Assembly (NCBI GenBank): GCA_903895695.1
Contig: CAITUY010000047.1
Coordinates: 10,397-74,396 of the forward strand
Direction: 5' to 3'
DNA length: 64,000 nt
From: an uncultured bacterium
GTDB taxonomy: Bacteria; Verrucomicrobiota; Kiritimatiellia; CAIKKV01; CAITUY01
Both the position numbers and the translations under genes were made by a program. The notes under the pieces are model-generated. The model was not told the origin of the DNA and made no database searches. It worked only from the letters and a program-made list of their open reading frames with translations. Numbering within the stretch: position 1 is the first letter of the stretch; every line of letters starts with the position of its first letter. Shown in pieces: positions 30,138 through 38,469 of this stretch.

Positions 30138-30847
30138 GGTGCGACACCTCCGCCAAGGATTGGTTCAACCCAAGGCCCTTCTCCCGGCCACGGCGTATCT
30201 CCACACGTCACATCCAACGCCAATGACTGTCGCTTGCAGGCACATGGTTCTGTCGGGTGCGTCACAGGGAGTTGCACAACATAGGCGTGGTGCGTGTGCG
30301 TGCCCGGACACCCGTGCCCAGCGACAAAACATGTCCTGTTCATTGTGTATCCCGCGAGCGGGATACATGGCAGACAAAACGGCAGATGCGGGACGGTCTT
30401 TGTCTGAGTTACCGTTTGCGGCACGGAGTTCACACCTGTATTCATGCATTGACAGTCCCGTTCCCGGTAAACATCGTATGTCTCGGTATAGGTTCCCGTC
30501 CGCGTGTACACCAAGTATGTCACGCCGCCGGCAATGAGCGTGCCAGCAGCCACCCATGGACCCCATTCCGGCAATGTGACGCCTGCAAGAATCTCAGCAC
30601 AGATCTCCCCTATAGTTGGTATTGCGATTCCCGCCTGGCCCAAGGGATCAAGGAGGAATATGGGGGTGTTCTGAACGAACGCGTACCGGTTGACTCCGCC
30701 ACTCTCCGCAACCGGATCGCGCGACGCCCACCTTCCTAGCCCTGGCGAGAAGAAACGGAAACCAGATTCGCACCCGTTGAAACGGGGGTATGCAGTTTTC
30801 GATCTACGCAAGGCCGTGCGGCCGAGAGGTGTGAGGTGGTAGGCCAT
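30134..30847 (-). CDS. orphan RHS C-terminal toxin cassette (CT with hydrophobic segment; paralogous to 31175..31822)
   Basis: Leader MAYHLTPLGRTALRRSKTAYPRFNGCESGFRFFSPGLGRWASRDPVAESGGVNRYAF…DPLGQ; CT shares CLPCIP…H.H…C.CK…GP…GGG(V/I)AP* with the next cassette. Confidence 0.6.
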   Translation of the reverse strand: MAYHLTPLGRTALRRSKTAYPRFNGCESGFRFFSPGLGRWASRDPVAESGGVNRYAFVQNTPIFLLDPLGQAGIAIPTIGEICAEILAGVTLPEWGPWVAAGTLIAGGVTYLVYTRTGTYTETYDVYRERDCQCMNTGVNSVPQTVTQTKTVPHLPFCLPCIPLAGYTMNRTCFVAGHGCPGTHTHHAYVVQLPVTHPTEPCACKRQSLALDVTCGDTPWPGEGPWVEPILGGGVAP

Positions 30848-30908
30848 GGGTAGCTGCAGGCACCGCGCCCTGCCTGATCGTTCATTGCTGCTTCGCGTGA
30901 TTCATCAC

Positions 30909-31151
30909 TTAGGATTTCGGCCGCTTTGTTAGGCTATGATGGTGCCCAAATGGGTGTAGAACCAAAATGCCGTCCTCATACATGACCAGAAGACCTCCCG
31001 TGTCTTCACAGTCAAATGAGGCCGCCGATTGGGTGCCAGGCATGCATACCGCCTCAACTCGTCCCGGTCTCCCGTCAATCATCACAAGATCTCCGTTCCT
31101 CACAGATTCTTGCGAATCGCCGTATTTCGAACTGAGAGTGTCATCAGGCAT
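30909..31151 (-). CDS. putative immunity protein for cassette 31175..31822 (six-frame ORF extends to 31403 over the toxin 3' end)
   Basis: Likely start MPDDTLSSKYG…; …RNGDLVMIDGRPGRVEAVC… resembles …GEVVCVGDRVMSEGRLYGVV… in 29799..30137. Confidence 0.35.
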   Translation of the reverse strand: MPDDTLSSKYGDSQESVRNGDLVMIDGRPGRVEAVCMPGTQSAASFDCEDTGGLLVMYEDGILVLHPFGHHHSLTKRPKS

Positions 31152-31174
31152 TTCCGTTGCGTTGCTGAATGTTA

Positions 31175-31822
31175 CTAAGGCGCAATGCCTCCGCCCTGAG
31201 CAGGGCCGGCTTCCGGTGCCAAAACCCCAGGCAATGGGTCGGGCAGTACCTCTTTCCAGAAACACTTGCACCCTCCGACTGCCGGACTCTGCAACATCAC
31301 TAGCATGTGGGAATGCGGCGTGGGAATTCCGTTGTGGGCTGGCGAGGGCGGCAAGTCCACGCGATACGCAATGGACCCAACGACTGGTAGGCACGGCAGA
31401 CACCCTTGAGTTCTTCGTTTACAGCGGTCACATCTCTTCATTGCCTCCGCAATACCATCCGCTACGGCGTCCGCGAAACTTGCTGCGGCCGCTGCAATAT
31501 CGTGGAGTGTTTGTTGTCCTGCAGGCGATTGCGCCCAGGCTTCGGCGGTCACACACACCGCAATGGTCCCGATTACCAAGAGTACGACTGCGTCATCCGC
31601 TATTACAATTCGTCCATCCTTGTCGTTCTTATCCGTGGGGTTGTTCGACACGAAGCCATAGAGATTCCGCCCCCCGAGTTCTCCCATAGGATCGCGTGAA
31701 ATCCACCTCCCTGTTCCTGGCGAGAGGAAACGGAAACCAGATTCGCACCCGCTGAGTCGGGGGTATGCGGTTTTCCATCTACGCAAGTCCGTGCGTCCGA
31801 GGGGTGTCAGGTGGTAGGACAT
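31175..31822 (-). CDS. orphan RHS C-terminal toxin cassette (paralogous CT to 30134..30847)
   Basis: Leader MSYHLTPLGRTDLRRWKTAYPRLSGCESGFRFLSPGTGRWISRDPMGELGGRNLYGFVSNNPTDKNDKDG. Confidence 0.6.
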   Translation of the reverse strand: MSYHLTPLGRTDLRRWKTAYPRLSGCESGFRFLSPGTGRWISRDPMGELGGRNLYGFVSNNPTDKNDKDGRIVIADDAVVLLVIGTIAVCVTAEAWAQSPAGQQTLHDIAAAAASFADAVADGIAEAMKRCDRCKRRTQGCLPCLPVVGSIAYRVDLPPSPAHNGIPTPHSHMLVMLQSPAVGGCKCFWKEVLPDPLPGVLAPEAGPAQGGGIAP

Positions 31823-32220
31823 GGTTAGAGGGTAAGATCGTCCAGCGATATCAGTCTTGTTTCAGCGACGTTCTGCGATGCCATTTCGTCCAGCAACTAC
31901 CATCCCGGCCTCGCCCCCGACTGCGGTTCACGCTCCCGCCCCGTAGATTATGCGGCCGGTCGGGGCGCTCACTTCCGCCCCAGCCGCCGACAACTCCACC
32001 AGCCCCAACCACCGTTGAAATGTTCATCCGAACAGGTCCGTCGCGCCGACGCCACAACGATCAGTTCTGTTTAGGGTACGGGAGCGCGGCGGCGGAAAAG
32101 CGGCTGTTTTGTAGTAACCCATGGGACGAAGTCCTTATGGGTGGGATTCTAGGAAAGAGGGGGCACGGAAGAAAGGCAAATCAGGCAAAAAAGTGGGCAA
32201 AAAACGGGGAGGCGGAAACC

Positions 32221-32436
32221 TCAACCCGGCGTCGGAGTTTGGCCCTTGGCCCGGTCGAATATCTCGTCCACCGTCTGCCCGTCGTAGAGGCGCCGGGAGA
32301 CATCCACGTAGTCGGTCGGTTCGCGGTGGATCAGGGTGAGAAACCGAAACGCACCTGTTGCACCCAAGGCCTTGTTGAGGACCTCAATGCCGCTCAGGCG
32401 CAGTTCGTTATCGGTCATGACTTGGCTTGTGCTCAT
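32221..32436 (-). CDS. small protein downstream of the PIN gene, possible antitoxin/partner
   Basis: 71 aa, 5 nt after the PIN-domain ORF on the same strand; no family recognised. Confidence 0.3.
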   Translation of the reverse strand: MSTSQVMTDNELRLSGIEVLNKALGATGAFRFLTLIHREPTDYVDVSRRLYDGQTVDEIFDRAKGQTPTPG

Positions 32437-32440
32437 ATCC

Positions 32441-32938
32441 TCACCATCTCTTCTGCACGTAGTCTACAGGATTAATGACCAGAAGCGCAACCGGCAAACG
32501 GCCAGCCTTGGACACGATCTCGTCATCACAGGTCACAAACCACGCTGCTTTCGCGTGTTCGGCAGCAGCAACGTGCAAGGCATCCTTGGCCGACAGCCCC
32601 GCCACGGCCTGAATCCGAGCCGCGGATATGCGAATGGGTTCTTCTGGGCCTATTCGGACGCGGCAGATTGCGGCAAGGCGGACGACTTCCTGTGCACGGT
32701 CAACGAAAGGACACACCCGGTTCTCGTCCTCGTGCATAAACGACCACGCCAATTCCACCTCACCGTTCTCGGCATCCTCGAAGATCTTCTCGCAGGCTTC
32801 CGCCTCCAAACGGATACGATGCTGCCGGGAGTCGTCAAACCCCCGCTGGAAGCAGTTGTAGTCGAGATAGATGAGTTCCGCCATGTCGAGTACCCCGTGC
32901 CGAACGTGGTTACGATAGTATGGACTCTTCCTGGTCAC
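32441..32938 (-). CDS. PIN-domain protein (VapC-like ribonuclease candidate); likely start MAELIYLDYN (~32881)
   Basis: N-terminal MAELIYLDYNCF… and acidic residues spaced as in PIN/VapC folds. Confidence 0.45.
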   Translation of the reverse strand: MTRKSPYYRNHVRHGVLDMAELIYLDYNCFQRGFDDSRQHRIRLEAEACEKIFEDAENGEVELAWSFMHEDENRVCPFVDRAQEVVRLAAICRVRIGPEEPIRISAARIQAVAGLSAKDALHVAAAEHAKAAWFVTCDDEIVSKAGRLPVALLVINPVDYVQKRW

Positions 32939-33896
32939 AAGCCTCTTTCTCCCTTGGATGGCACTTGCGGTGGGTCTCTTTGAGGTCGGTGATGGTGAGC
33001 TTGGCGTAGTGCTTGAGCGTCTCCAGCGACTCGTGGCCGAGCAGTTCCTTCACGTGGTACATGCCGGCCCCGGCCCGCAACAGCTCGGTCGTGCAACTGC
33101 GGCGGAAAGTGTGGGGCGTGACGTTGACGTCGATGCGGGCCTGTTCGGTCAGCCGGTGCACAAGTTTGAGGAAGACGCCGTACTTGACCCGCTCGCCCGC
33201 CGCGGTGACGAAGAGGGCCTGCTCGTCGCCCGTCGGGAATGCTGGCCTGACTCCTTTGACGTACCCTTCGAGGTAGTGCATGGCCGTGCGGCCGATCGGC
33301 ACCATGCGTTCCTTCTGGCCCTTGCCTTTGACGCGGGCCAGCCCGTGGGCGTAGTCGACGTCGCCCAGGTCCAGCCCCAGCAGTTCCGAGACCCGCGCCC
33401 CGCTCGAATAGACCAGTTCCAGCATGGCCCGGTTGCGGTAGCCCTCCGCCCCGTTGGTCGGCACCACGTCCAGCAGCCGCCGCACTTGCTCGTGGGTCAG
33501 CACGCTGCCCGGCAGGGTCTTGGGCTCCTTCACGTACTCGATGCCGTCGGACAACCGCGACTGGATATGGCCCTGCACGGCCAGGTACTTGAGGAACGAG
33601 CGCAGTTCCTGGACTTGCTTGTTGATGGTGCGGGGGTTGAGCGGCCGCCCCTTGCGGGTCCGCCGCCGGGACAAATGTCCCTGCCAGCGCTGGAGGTGGC
33701 TGGCCCGCAACAGGTCGGGCGAGTACACGCCCACCGTCACCCCGAGCCACTGCGCCCAGTTCCGCAGGTCGTTGTTGGCCTGCTTGCGCGTCCAGGCGCT
33801 GAAGTTGAGCGCGCCCAGGTGCCGCACGTATTCGTCCAGTAGTTCGAGGAAAGTCGTCATAGTCGCATCCTCACGATCCCGGTTTGCTCCGGGCAT
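32910..33896 (-). CDS. tyrosine site-specific recombinase (XerC/D-phage integrase family)
   Basis: C-terminal catalytic signature …VTPHTFRRSCTTELLRAGAGMYHVKELLGHESLETLKHYAKL (R…HxxR…Y); N-terminal SAM-like core-binding domain. Confidence 0.8.
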   Translation of the reverse strand: MPGANRDREDATMTTFLELLDEYVRHLGALNFSAWTRKQANNDLRNWAQWLGVTVGVYSPDLLRASHLQRWQGHLSRRRTRKGRPLNPRTINKQVQELRSFLKYLAVQGHIQSRLSDGIEYVKEPKTLPGSVLTHEQVRRLLDVVPTNGAEGYRNRAMLELVYSSGARVSELLGLDLGDVDYAHGLARVKGKGQKERMVPIGRTAMHYLEGYVKGVRPAFPTGDEQALFVTAAGERVKYGVFLKLVHRLTEQARIDVNVTPHTFRRSCTTELLRAGAGMYHVKELLGHESLETLKHYAKLTITDLKETHRKCHPREKEACDQEESILS

Positions 33897-34827
33897 GAAC
33901 CGCCTGCAATTCCGTGATCGTCAGGCGCAGGTACTGGGACAGGTGACTGAACGAGGCATGGCCGAGGAGCATCTGCAGGTCCACCGGGTGGGCGCCGCGG
34001 CGCAACATGTGCGTGGCGCAGGCCCGCCGCAAGCTGTGCGGCGTGATGCGCGTCTGCACGCCCGAGTCGCGTCCATGCCTCACGATGCCGAGCCGGATGG
34101 CCACATATCCGAGCGGCTTTCCATACTGCGTCACCCAGAGCTCAGGCGGCCTGCCGCCCGCGGCCGTCCTCTTCCCGACCTCGGCCTCGTACCGCCGCAG
34201 CCACTCCACCGCCTGGGCGCCCAGCGGCAGGACCCGCTCCCGCTCGCCCTTGCCCATCACGCGCACGGTCCCGTTCACCATGTCCACGTCCCGGACCATA
34301 AGCCGGGACAGTTCCTCGACGCGCATGCCCGTGCCGTAGGCCGTCTCCAGGATGGTCCGATCGCGCAGTCCCGTGTAGGTCGTGGTGTCCGGCGTCGCCA
34401 GCAGGCTCGTCATCTCCTCCTCGGTAGGCACCGGCATGATGGGCGACTGAATCTTGCGGATCACGATGCCCTCCGCCGGGTTGCAGAACACTTCCTGCGT
34501 CTGCTCCAGCCAGCGGAAGAACTGCTTGATGGCACGGATGAAAACCTCCACCGAGGCGGGCTTCCACTGCCGGTCCACCATGCCGGCGCGGTATTCCTCG
34601 ATGTCCGAGCGCGTCACGTCCATGGCCCGCACGATGCCCTTACCATCCAGGAACGCGCAGAACCGTTCCAGCGCCTGCGTATAGATCTCGACGGTCCGCC
34701 GGCTGTACCGCCGTGAGGCCACGCGCTCGGCGTAACGCCTGACGAGTACGGCTACACGACTACTGCTACGACTATGTGTTGCATCCATATGCGCTCCCCG
34801 CACCACTTTCGACCAGGTTATTGCCAT
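33871..34827 (-). CDS. tyrosine site-specific recombinase (second, overlapping the first)
   Basis: …ITPHSLRRACATHMLRRGAHPVDLQMLLGHASFSHLSQYLRLT; overlaps the downstream recombinase by ~25 nt, consistent with translational coupling. Confidence 0.8.
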   Translation of the reverse strand: MAITWSKVVRGAHMDATHSRSSSRVAVLVRRYAERVASRRYSRRTVEIYTQALERFCAFLDGKGIVRAMDVTRSDIEEYRAGMVDRQWKPASVEVFIRAIKQFFRWLEQTQEVFCNPAEGIVIRKIQSPIMPVPTEEEMTSLLATPDTTTYTGLRDRTILETAYGTGMRVEELSRLMVRDVDMVNGTVRVMGKGERERVLPLGAQAVEWLRRYEAEVGKRTAAGGRPPELWVTQYGKPLGYVAIRLGIVRHGRDSGVQTRITPHSLRRACATHMLRRGAHPVDLQMLLGHASFSHLSQYLRLTITELQAVHARSKPGS

Positions 34828-37147
34828 CCGCCTGCATTTGAGGCACTTGGACCGATTCCACGGGGTGGCCAGGTGCTGACCACCCTGTGACCACCCCCGC
34901 CGCTGCCATCGAGGTGGCCTGTCCGTCGTACGCCAGGCGGTAACGGTAGGTGAGCCCGACGCGCCCGGCCACGGTCAGGACGAACTCCATCTCGACCAAC
35001 TGCTTGAGGTAACGGCGCACGCGGAGATGGGCCCAGCCGGTGAACTCGCGGATCTCCCGGCGGGAGAACACCACGTCGCCGGGCACTTCCACGCCATCGC
35101 GCCCCTCCCGCCGCTGTTGCTCGATCCTGCCGGCCACCATGCGTTCGATGTGCATCAGCAGGTCCAGGCTCACCCGGTTGAGGTCGTCCAGGCTCTTGCC
35201 CAGGATCTCCCGCGCCAGCCCGTCGGCAACGGCCAGGTCCGCCGCTTCCACCTCGATGTAGTCCCGGCCCTCGTCCTGCCGGACCTGCTTCGACATCTGC
35301 CGCAGGAACGCCACGGCCCGGATCAGGTTCAGGTACTTAGGCTGGTCGCGCCGGCTCTGCAGTCGGTCGTCGCCGTAGCAGAGCTGTTCGGCGAACGGGT
35401 TGACCACCTTGACGGGTTTCAACAGCCGCTGGAAGTTGCGGTGTAACCGCAGCGTCGCCTCACGCCCCCCGCGCTCCTTCTCGCCATCGAGGGTTTGGCG
35501 CCTGCGTTGGCAGGCGAGGATCGCCCGGGTCTGCTCCCGGCTCTCGTCCACACTCGTTACGAAGAACCGACTGCGGGTCTCGGGGTCGGTCTCGGGATCG
35601 GTCGTTGTGATGAAGACCGCGGTCGGGCCTTCCACGCGGTTCACCGCGGTCGTGAGCTTGCCGGTGGCGAAGTCCTTGACGGTCACCTCGATCACCAGTT
35701 CCCCGGCCGAGATCAAGTTGCGGATCGCGTACGTGGCGTCCTCCGCCCCCGCCCCTTCCTCCAAGGCGAGGATCTTGTGCTTGAGGCTCTGCCGGGCCTT
35801 GTAGAAGAGCGCCTTACCGGACAGGCTCGTCAGCTTGACCGAGTCCTCCGGCGGACAGAACGCGAGCGTCGCGTCCTGCAGCGCCGACTTGCCGGCGCCC
35901 GAACTGCTTAGGATCAGCACGGACAGCGGATGGTCGGTCTTCCGGCTGACGGCGGCCAGGTAGCAGAGCAACTTGTTGACCTCCTCGCCCACGAGCCCGC
36001 ACGCGGCGTAGTCGGCGACGATACGTTCGATCAGGTCCGGGCTGCGCCCGAAGGCTTCCGCCTCCCGGCGCTCCTCCTCCGGGATGTCGACCGTCTCACC
36101 CGCGTCCGCGGCCGACGCAGACGGCACGTGGGTTTCGCAACAGCGGATCAGCCGCACCAGGTCCGCCTCGATAGCCTCGGTGGTCTCCTCGAAAAACCGG
36201 CACAGATCCTGGGCCAGCGTTTTGCGGGCCTTGGCCGAGTAGAAGTCGAGCGTGTCCACGTGCAGTCGGCCGGCGTGCTCTGTCCTGAGCGTCGCTCGCA
36301 GCCGCCTTGGTCCCTTGTCGATCCCGCGCAACTCATAGCGGCGGCGGTCGAGCCGCACGCGGAACCCGTCGGGTATGGGCTCAGTCGCCGAGTCCGGCCC
36401 GGCTGACGGCTGCCCGGTGTCGAATTCGGCCAGGGCCGCATCCACGAGCGCGGTGACGCGCGGGAGTCCGTCGCGCAGGAGGACGGCATTGAGCGGCTCG
36501 GCAAGCGGACAGGCCCGGATGGCGACCGGCAATCCCGAGAAGGTTTCCCGCAGTGAGTCGGCATTGACGGCCAGGCACGCGAGTCGCTGTACGCCGCTCG
36601 CGCGGATCGCCTGGCGGTCGCGCGCGGTGAGACGGCCCTCCGGCACGGCGACGGCGTTGGGATACCCCGCCTTCTGGAGCGTGAGAGCGTCGAGGATGTC
36701 CAGCGTCGCGAGCACCTCCCCATGGGTGCGGAACACGGGTGCGTTCCAGAGCCCCGTGGCGACGCCCGGCAGGTGGACCGCCTTCCCGGTCGCCATGCAA
36801 AGGCCCGCAAGCCCGATCGCCAAGCCCTCGACATCCGCCAGCGGGAAGACGACGCAGTCGCGGAACCGCTCCTTGCCGGACTCATCGAGGATGTTCATCG
36901 ACCTGAGTACGTCGCGGATGCCGCCCTGGCGTGGCAGCGTCCCGACAAGTTTCCCCGTGGCGCAGCCGATCCGGAACTGACCGGCCAGGTCGGAATCGTT
37001 CAGGCCATGGCGGGCAAGAAAGCCCGGCCCTTCCGGCTCCTTGGTCAGCGTCTCGTGGTAGAACCCCGCGACCTTCTCCCACAGGGCCGCCTGCTCACAA
37101 AGCGGACCTCCCTCCGGCCTTCGTGGCATGTCCGTCCTCCCGTTCAT
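34772..37147 (-). CDS. large P-loop NTPase, putative TOPRIM primase/replication-type protein of the integrative element (six-frame ORF extends to 37273)
   Basis: Walker A LSSSGAGKSALQDATL; N-terminal region with a possible TOPRIM-like E…DxD arrangement (ADVEG…DILDALTL); operonic with a Zn-ribbon protein and two tyrosine recombinases. Confidence 0.4.
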   Translation of the reverse strand: MNGRTDMPRRPEGGPLCEQAALWEKVAGFYHETLTKEPEGPGFLARHGLNDSDLAGQFRIGCATGKLVGTLPRQGGIRDVLRSMNILDESGKERFRDCVVFPLADVEGLAIGLAGLCMATGKAVHLPGVATGLWNAPVFRTHGEVLATLDILDALTLQKAGYPNAVAVPEGRLTARDRQAIRASGVQRLACLAVNADSLRETFSGLPVAIRACPLAEPLNAVLLRDGLPRVTALVDAALAEFDTGQPSAGPDSATEPIPDGFRVRLDRRRYELRGIDKGPRRLRATLRTEHAGRLHVDTLDFYSAKARKTLAQDLCRFFEETTEAIEADLVRLIRCCETHVPSASAADAGETVDIPEEERREAEAFGRSPDLIERIVADYAACGLVGEEVNKLLCYLAAVSRKTDHPLSVLILSSSGAGKSALQDATLAFCPPEDSVKLTSLSGKALFYKARQSLKHKILALEEGAGAEDATYAIRNLISAGELVIEVTVKDFATGKLTTAVNRVEGPTAVFITTTDPETDPETRSRFFVTSVDESREQTRAILACQRRRQTLDGEKERGGREATLRLHRNFQRLLKPVKVVNPFAEQLCYGDDRLQSRRDQPKYLNLIRAVAFLRQMSKQVRQDEGRDYIEVEAADLAVADGLAREILGKSLDDLNRVSLDLLMHIERMVAGRIEQQRREGRDGVEVPGDVVFSRREIREFTGWAHLRVRRYLKQLVEMEFVLTVAGRVGLTYRYRLAYDGQATSMAAAGVVTGWSAPGHPVESVQVPQMQADGNNLVESGAGSAYGCNT

Positions 37148-37157
37148 GTCGCCAACC

Positions 37158-37574
37158 CTAGGCGCGAATTTCCCAACGGGCCACGAAGTTTTGTAACGTA
37201 AGACCCACATCGCGCCAGACCCCACGCCAGTCGCGGATTCCCGCGATAACGACGTGTCGTAACGCAAAACCATCCAAGTCTCGGAACCTCACACCGACCG
37301 TGTTTTGACCGGCGCGATGAATTGGAAGCAGAATGTCCACCGTGAACGCCTTCCGCCTGTCCTGCCGCCAGTAGAACGGATGAAGCCGCCGCCAGGCCTG
37401 GCTGCGGTCGATGTCCTTCTTGAAGTGGTCGGGGTTCTTCCGCCGCCATTGCCGGCAGTTCTCCCGGTTACGCGCCCGCTGGCACACCCGACGCGGGCAG
37501 TACCGCTGGTGCCAGGCGTTGTGGGGTTCAGGCTGGAACAACTTCCGGCAATGCGGGCAGCGCAGCGGTTTCAT
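37158..37574 (-). CDS. small Zn-ribbon (CxxC…CxxxxC) DNA-binding-like protein
   Basis: MKPLRCPHCRKLF…YCPRRVC; basic; first gene of the element operon. Confidence 0.4.
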   Translation of the reverse strand: MKPLRCPHCRKLFQPEPHNAWHQRYCPRRVCQRARNRENCRQWRRKNPDHFKKDIDRSQAWRRLHPFYWRQDRRKAFTVDILLPIHRAGQNTVGVRFRDLDGFALRHVVIAGIRDWRGVWRDVGLTLQNFVARWEIRA

Positions 37575-37966
37575 GAGTCGACCTCCTTTGGCCCCGCGTC
37601 AGACGGAGCGGGGGAATCGCCATACCTTAGGGGGAAGTCAATACGACAGGAGCCGCTGCCGACGCGAGAGCGGCAATGGCGGGATTCGTCCGGACGAGAG
37701 GTAGGCAACGCCTATTCCGTCAGCCAGGCCACCAACCGAGCCGTAGACCCGGATGAGCCCTATGACCGCACCGGTAAATCGGGGGAGGAACAAAAGAAGG
37801 ATCATCCGTCCGACGCCGGCGTAGTCATCGAACTGTTACGACGAAGCCGACAAGAAACATCGCACGACGGAACCGGGGATTCCTACGACCGTAGCGCTGG
37901 AATCAAGGTCGTTTCCAGCAGGTTTAATTCGGAAACCGCGTGCGACGGCAATTCGGTCGACAGTAG

Positions 37967-38467
37967 TTAACGTCGCAGGCGATCTGCAAGGCGCGTTCTG
38001 ATGCTCTGCCATGTCTGCCGGTCCACGTTTCGCCTTGAGCCGGTTTCATCAATGGCGGTTAGTTCCGGGTGCCACACCGGACACATGATCCGAACGCCTT
38101 CGGGTGTGTTTGTGAAGTATAGATATGTGATTCTTAGTGAAGTGGCCCCATTGCTTGGTCCCACCCACGGAGCCTCGATCTTCTCGAATTGCGGACTGTT
38201 CGCTAGGGCACAGGAGAAAATCCACGTTCGATTCGTTGCAAGCGGGAGAAGGTCGGAAAGACTGGCGGGGCGGACGCCGTGCGCTTCTTCATACTGTCGG
38301 CAGAGTTCCCCTAAAGCCAGGGTATTCGCTGCGCAAAGTTGGTAGAGCGCGCCATGGGTGCTCCTCTCTCGCCGAATATACAGGCACTGCCCTATGGCGA
38401 ACCAGCACAGGACAGCAAACACAAAGACGGACAAGAGCGACTTGATGACGGACGATGGAGAAGGCAT
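37967..38467 (-). CDS. putative immunity protein, pseudopilin(GspG)-like, for cassette 38470..39270
   Basis: Starts 3 nt after the toxin stop; N-terminal TM LLSVFVFAVLCWFAIG; shares …Y..HG..P.SLSDL(L/M)P with 28557..29060. Confidence 0.4.
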   Translation of the reverse strand: MPSPSSVIKSLLSVFVFAVLCWFAIGQCLYIRRERSTHGALYQLCAANTLALGELCRQYEEAHGVRPASLSDLLPLATNRTWIFSCALANSPQFEKIEAPWVGPSNGATSLRITYLYFTNTPEGVRIMCPVWHPELTAIDETGSRRNVDRQTWQSIRTRLADRLRR

Positions 38468-38469
38468 CG

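Larger units (their letters stand above)
20479..31825 (-). repeat. tandem array of RHS-tail leader repeats (ATG minus-strand positions ~20577, 21913, 23139, 24742, 25889, 27235, 28492, 29814, 30847, 31822; degenerate 39270)
   Basis: Plus-strand consensus …ggcgagaagaaacggaaaccagattcgcacccg(t/c)tga(a/g)acgggggtatgcggttttcgatctacgcaaggccgtgcg(g/t)ccgag(g/c)ggtgtgagg(t/g)(g/a)gtagg(c/g)catggt… recurs every ~1.0-1.4 kb. Confidence 0.85.
32221..37574 (-). mobile_element. integrative element cargo/core (Zn-ribbon – primase-like ATPase – tyrosine recombinase ×2 – PIN – small ORF) inserted within the rhs-CT array; exact ends undetermined
   Basis: Six co-oriented, overlapping genes of mobile-element type interrupting the toxin/immunity periodicity between cassette 31175..31822 and immunity/toxin pair 37967..39270. 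Confidence 0.55.

Noticed and set aside
20479-31825. Possibility that the ~100-nt conserved repeat is a structured ncRNA or riboswitch (contains a short cccg…cggg hairpin)
   Set aside because: The repeat is conserved in-frame with a start codon, and substitutions track amino-acid changes in an RHS-core-tail-like peptide. The hairpin stem is only 4-6 bp with variable loop, so coding homology explains it better.
32150-32218. A-rich tract (ggcaaatcaggcaaaaaagtgggcaaaaaacgggga) as a terminator or att site just 3' of the small ORF at 32221
   Set aside because: No convincing upstream GC-rich hairpin for an intrinsic terminator and no matching repeat at the other element end. Possibly an element boundary, but unsupported.
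34772-37273. Assignment of the large element protein to a specific family (Tn554 TnpC, conjugative relaxase, IS transposase)
   Set aside because: Size and motifs (Walker A, possible TOPRIM) fit none of these cleanly; left as a primase-like P-loop protein.
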